This document shows, in pieces, positions 61,929 through 64,000 of a stretch of 64,000 nucleotides of DNA. Every line of letters starts with the position of its first letter. Within the stretch, counting starts at the first letter, position 1. The translations under genes were made by a program, and so were the position numbers. Source of the DNA: Isurus oxyrinchus. Taxonomy: Eukaryota. The stretch spans positions 2,232,001 to 2,296,000 of the forward strand of contig JANJGN010000038.1 in NCBI GenBank assembly GCA_026770705.1, written 5' to 3'. The notes under the pieces were generated by a model. The model worked only from the letters and a program-made list of their open reading frames with translations. It was not told the DNA's origin and did not search any database.

Positions 61929-62673
61929 TCAGAGTTTCTCCAATGTTATTTTGCTGACTGCGGTTCTTATTATTCCCGATTTTGACCAACAGAATTAGTT
62001 ATCGGGTAAATAGAATCGAACAAAAACTCCCGCGCTTTCTTATTTCCATTCATCTGCAAGGATTTGCGAAATCTGCAGATGGAAATGGAACAAAATTGAG
62101 CGAGTTTGGTGATATCCTTTCTATCTGGGTGGTTGTCTCTCCTTAGGCCTCTGTCCCTCTCGGTGGACATGTCTGTGTGTGTTCCGCTGTGTATGTCAAT
62201 GTGCTTCAGTTCCTCATTTTTAGCAATCCCCACTTGATTCACCTTAGTTGTTTGACTTCATTTTAAAATCGTACAGAGAGAATAAAAACCGGTTTAGGAG
62301 GAATTTTCTTCCTGTATTTCTGAGTGGAGACTGTTCAGTTACTAAGTGTCCGTATGTTACAAAGCGGAGGGAGATTGAAATTTTCACTGAGCAACATTTA
62401 AACAGACACCGAGTCCTTGTGGTGGATTAGTTAAGGCAATGGACACATCAAGAGAATTAATTTGTAAATACATATAGTCCAAACTGAAATCTCTCGGACA
62501 TTAGGAACTGTATTTCTTCTCGAAGCTGTTTCACGTGTGACATTTGCAGCTCTGATGTGAAATTTCAATTCTCACTCCACTGATTCGAGCGGAGCTGTTG
62601 TGCGTTTTCCGTTTTCAATCAATAAGTAAATCAGGCCTGTTTTAACAGTTTGTACCAGATCAATAAACCTTCA

Positions 62674-62745
62674 TTGCCTGGTCGGGAATCGAGCCTGGGC
62701 CACGGCGGTGAAAGGGCCGAATCCTTATCTCTAAGTCACGAAGAA
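62674..62745 (-). pseudogene. tRNA-Glu(TTC) pseudogene
   Basis: Minus strand aggattcggccctttcaccgccgtggcccaggctcgattcccgaccagg; 5' half decayed. Confidence 0.75.
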
Positions 62746-63339
62746 AGCTGTCTATAACTCTTGCAACATGCTTTATCTGGGCCACATTTGCCCTTTTTCA
62801 GACACTTTCACCAGAGGTGTTTTTAAGGGGTAGCTGCAGTGAAGGATTGGCACCAATACAGTGTCGTTCAACTGGTCTGGTTCCAAATCCTGCTCAGGAA
62901 TTTAAGAAAAACTCTGAGTTTGCTCAATGTCTTGACTTCAAAAGCGAGAATGTAAGAAAGTACATTCCCCCAAGCGTGTAATAAAATGTCGGAATAACTG
63001 GGAAATTATGCTGGGAAACATAAAATTATAGACAGTTCCAGCAAAGAAAGAGGCCATTCGGCCTGGTGCGCTGCTTTCAAAGAGCAGTTGTGCTTGATTG
63101 GTCAGGAGTGATATTTGTGTCAGTGTACACATGCGGCAGTAAAATCTCTCACATCACCGCGGCCGACATTCATCACTGGAAGCAACTGACACACGTCAAA
63201 TTCTGCCGCTTTCATGTCGCATCTCGAACTTCCTGTTCTACCTTTCAGACATTTCCAGGTCCATCAAATATCATCCATACAGAACGTTGTCCTGTTACTC
63301 GTTCCACCAGAGACTTACTGTGAGGGGTAAAAAGTAAGC

Positions 63340-63413
63340 GGCTCCATAGCTCAGTGGTTTAGAGCACTGGTCTTGTAAACCAGGGGTTGTGAGTTCAATT
63401 CTCACTGGGGCCT
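63340..63413 (+). tRNA. tRNA-Thr(TGT)
   Basis: GGCTCCATAGCTCAGTGGTTTAGAGCACTGGTCTTGTAAACCAGGGGTTGTGAGTTCAATTCTCACTGGGGCCT; stems pair, one extra T in the D loop, T5 at 63422-63426. Confidence 0.93.
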
Positions 63414-64000
63414 GTGGTCGATTTTTATGTAATTTGGTAGGAAGGTAACCTTGGGCTCATGGCCCAAATCTGAACTTTGGGAGAGAGTTTGACCATCCGT
63501 CGTCTCAGAGAAAAACAATTCCCCAAATAAACATCTTGGAGGATTTTTATTGATACCATAAGAAGTTTGAACCAGTTGAGTCCTCCTGTGTACTCGATGG
63601 GGATTGACTTTAACAGAGTTAAAATCCTCTGGATTTCAGTGTCAGAACAAGAACATGTTTCAGCAAAAATAAAAATATATAAATACTGAAAAACTGAACA
63701 GAACAAACCTGGGGAAATACACAGCAGGTCAATAACCATTAGAAAGTGATAAGTTAATAGTCACTGTTTCAGGTGGGACTCCTTCAGAATGAACACTTCC
63801 CACCACAAGCGCCAACCCCCGTCCCCCATCCCCCTCCCTGTGAACTGAACATTCCTCCAACCACTCAACCACCCATTGCACAGCCACCCAATGGCTCCCA
63901 GCCTGGATTGACATTCAGCATGAACCCAGTGAGAGGGTGAGCTGGCCCACGGGATGTCAGAATGGACAAGAGCTGGAAGTGGTTCCAATCAATGCGTTTT

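Overview
Eukaryotic, repeat-rich vertebrate DNA, most consistent with a cartilaginous fish (inferred from CR1/L2 LINE families, Neptune-type Penelope elements and KRAB-less 'MEKPW' zinc-finger genes). It has three zones. (1) 1-20 kb is a decayed immunoglobulin-superfamily region. It holds a TCR V-alpha/delta-like pseudogene with a 23-bp RSS that the ORF track misses because a fold-back Penelope insertion splits it, a 625-codon open Penelope RT-GIY-YIG frame, and the 3' half of a class I ERV. (2) 23.5-53 kb is a birth-and-death cluster of C2H2 zinc-finger genes and pseudogenes with paralogous YY1/NRF1 CpG promoters, orphan first-exon modules and several minisatellites. (3) 53-64 kb is a segmentally duplicated tRNA cluster with two near-canonical genes (Lys-CTT, Thr-TGT) and about ten pseudogenes. 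The most notable system is a young Neptune Penelope family whose pseudo-LTR carries a minimal hammerhead-like motif with a non-canonical core (CUGUCGA/CUGCUGA) and which repeatedly inserts as TSD-flanked palindromes. Most ORFs in the supplied track are TE antisense frames or repeat translations. All calls come from reading the sequence by eye; LINE and pseudogene boundaries are approximate.
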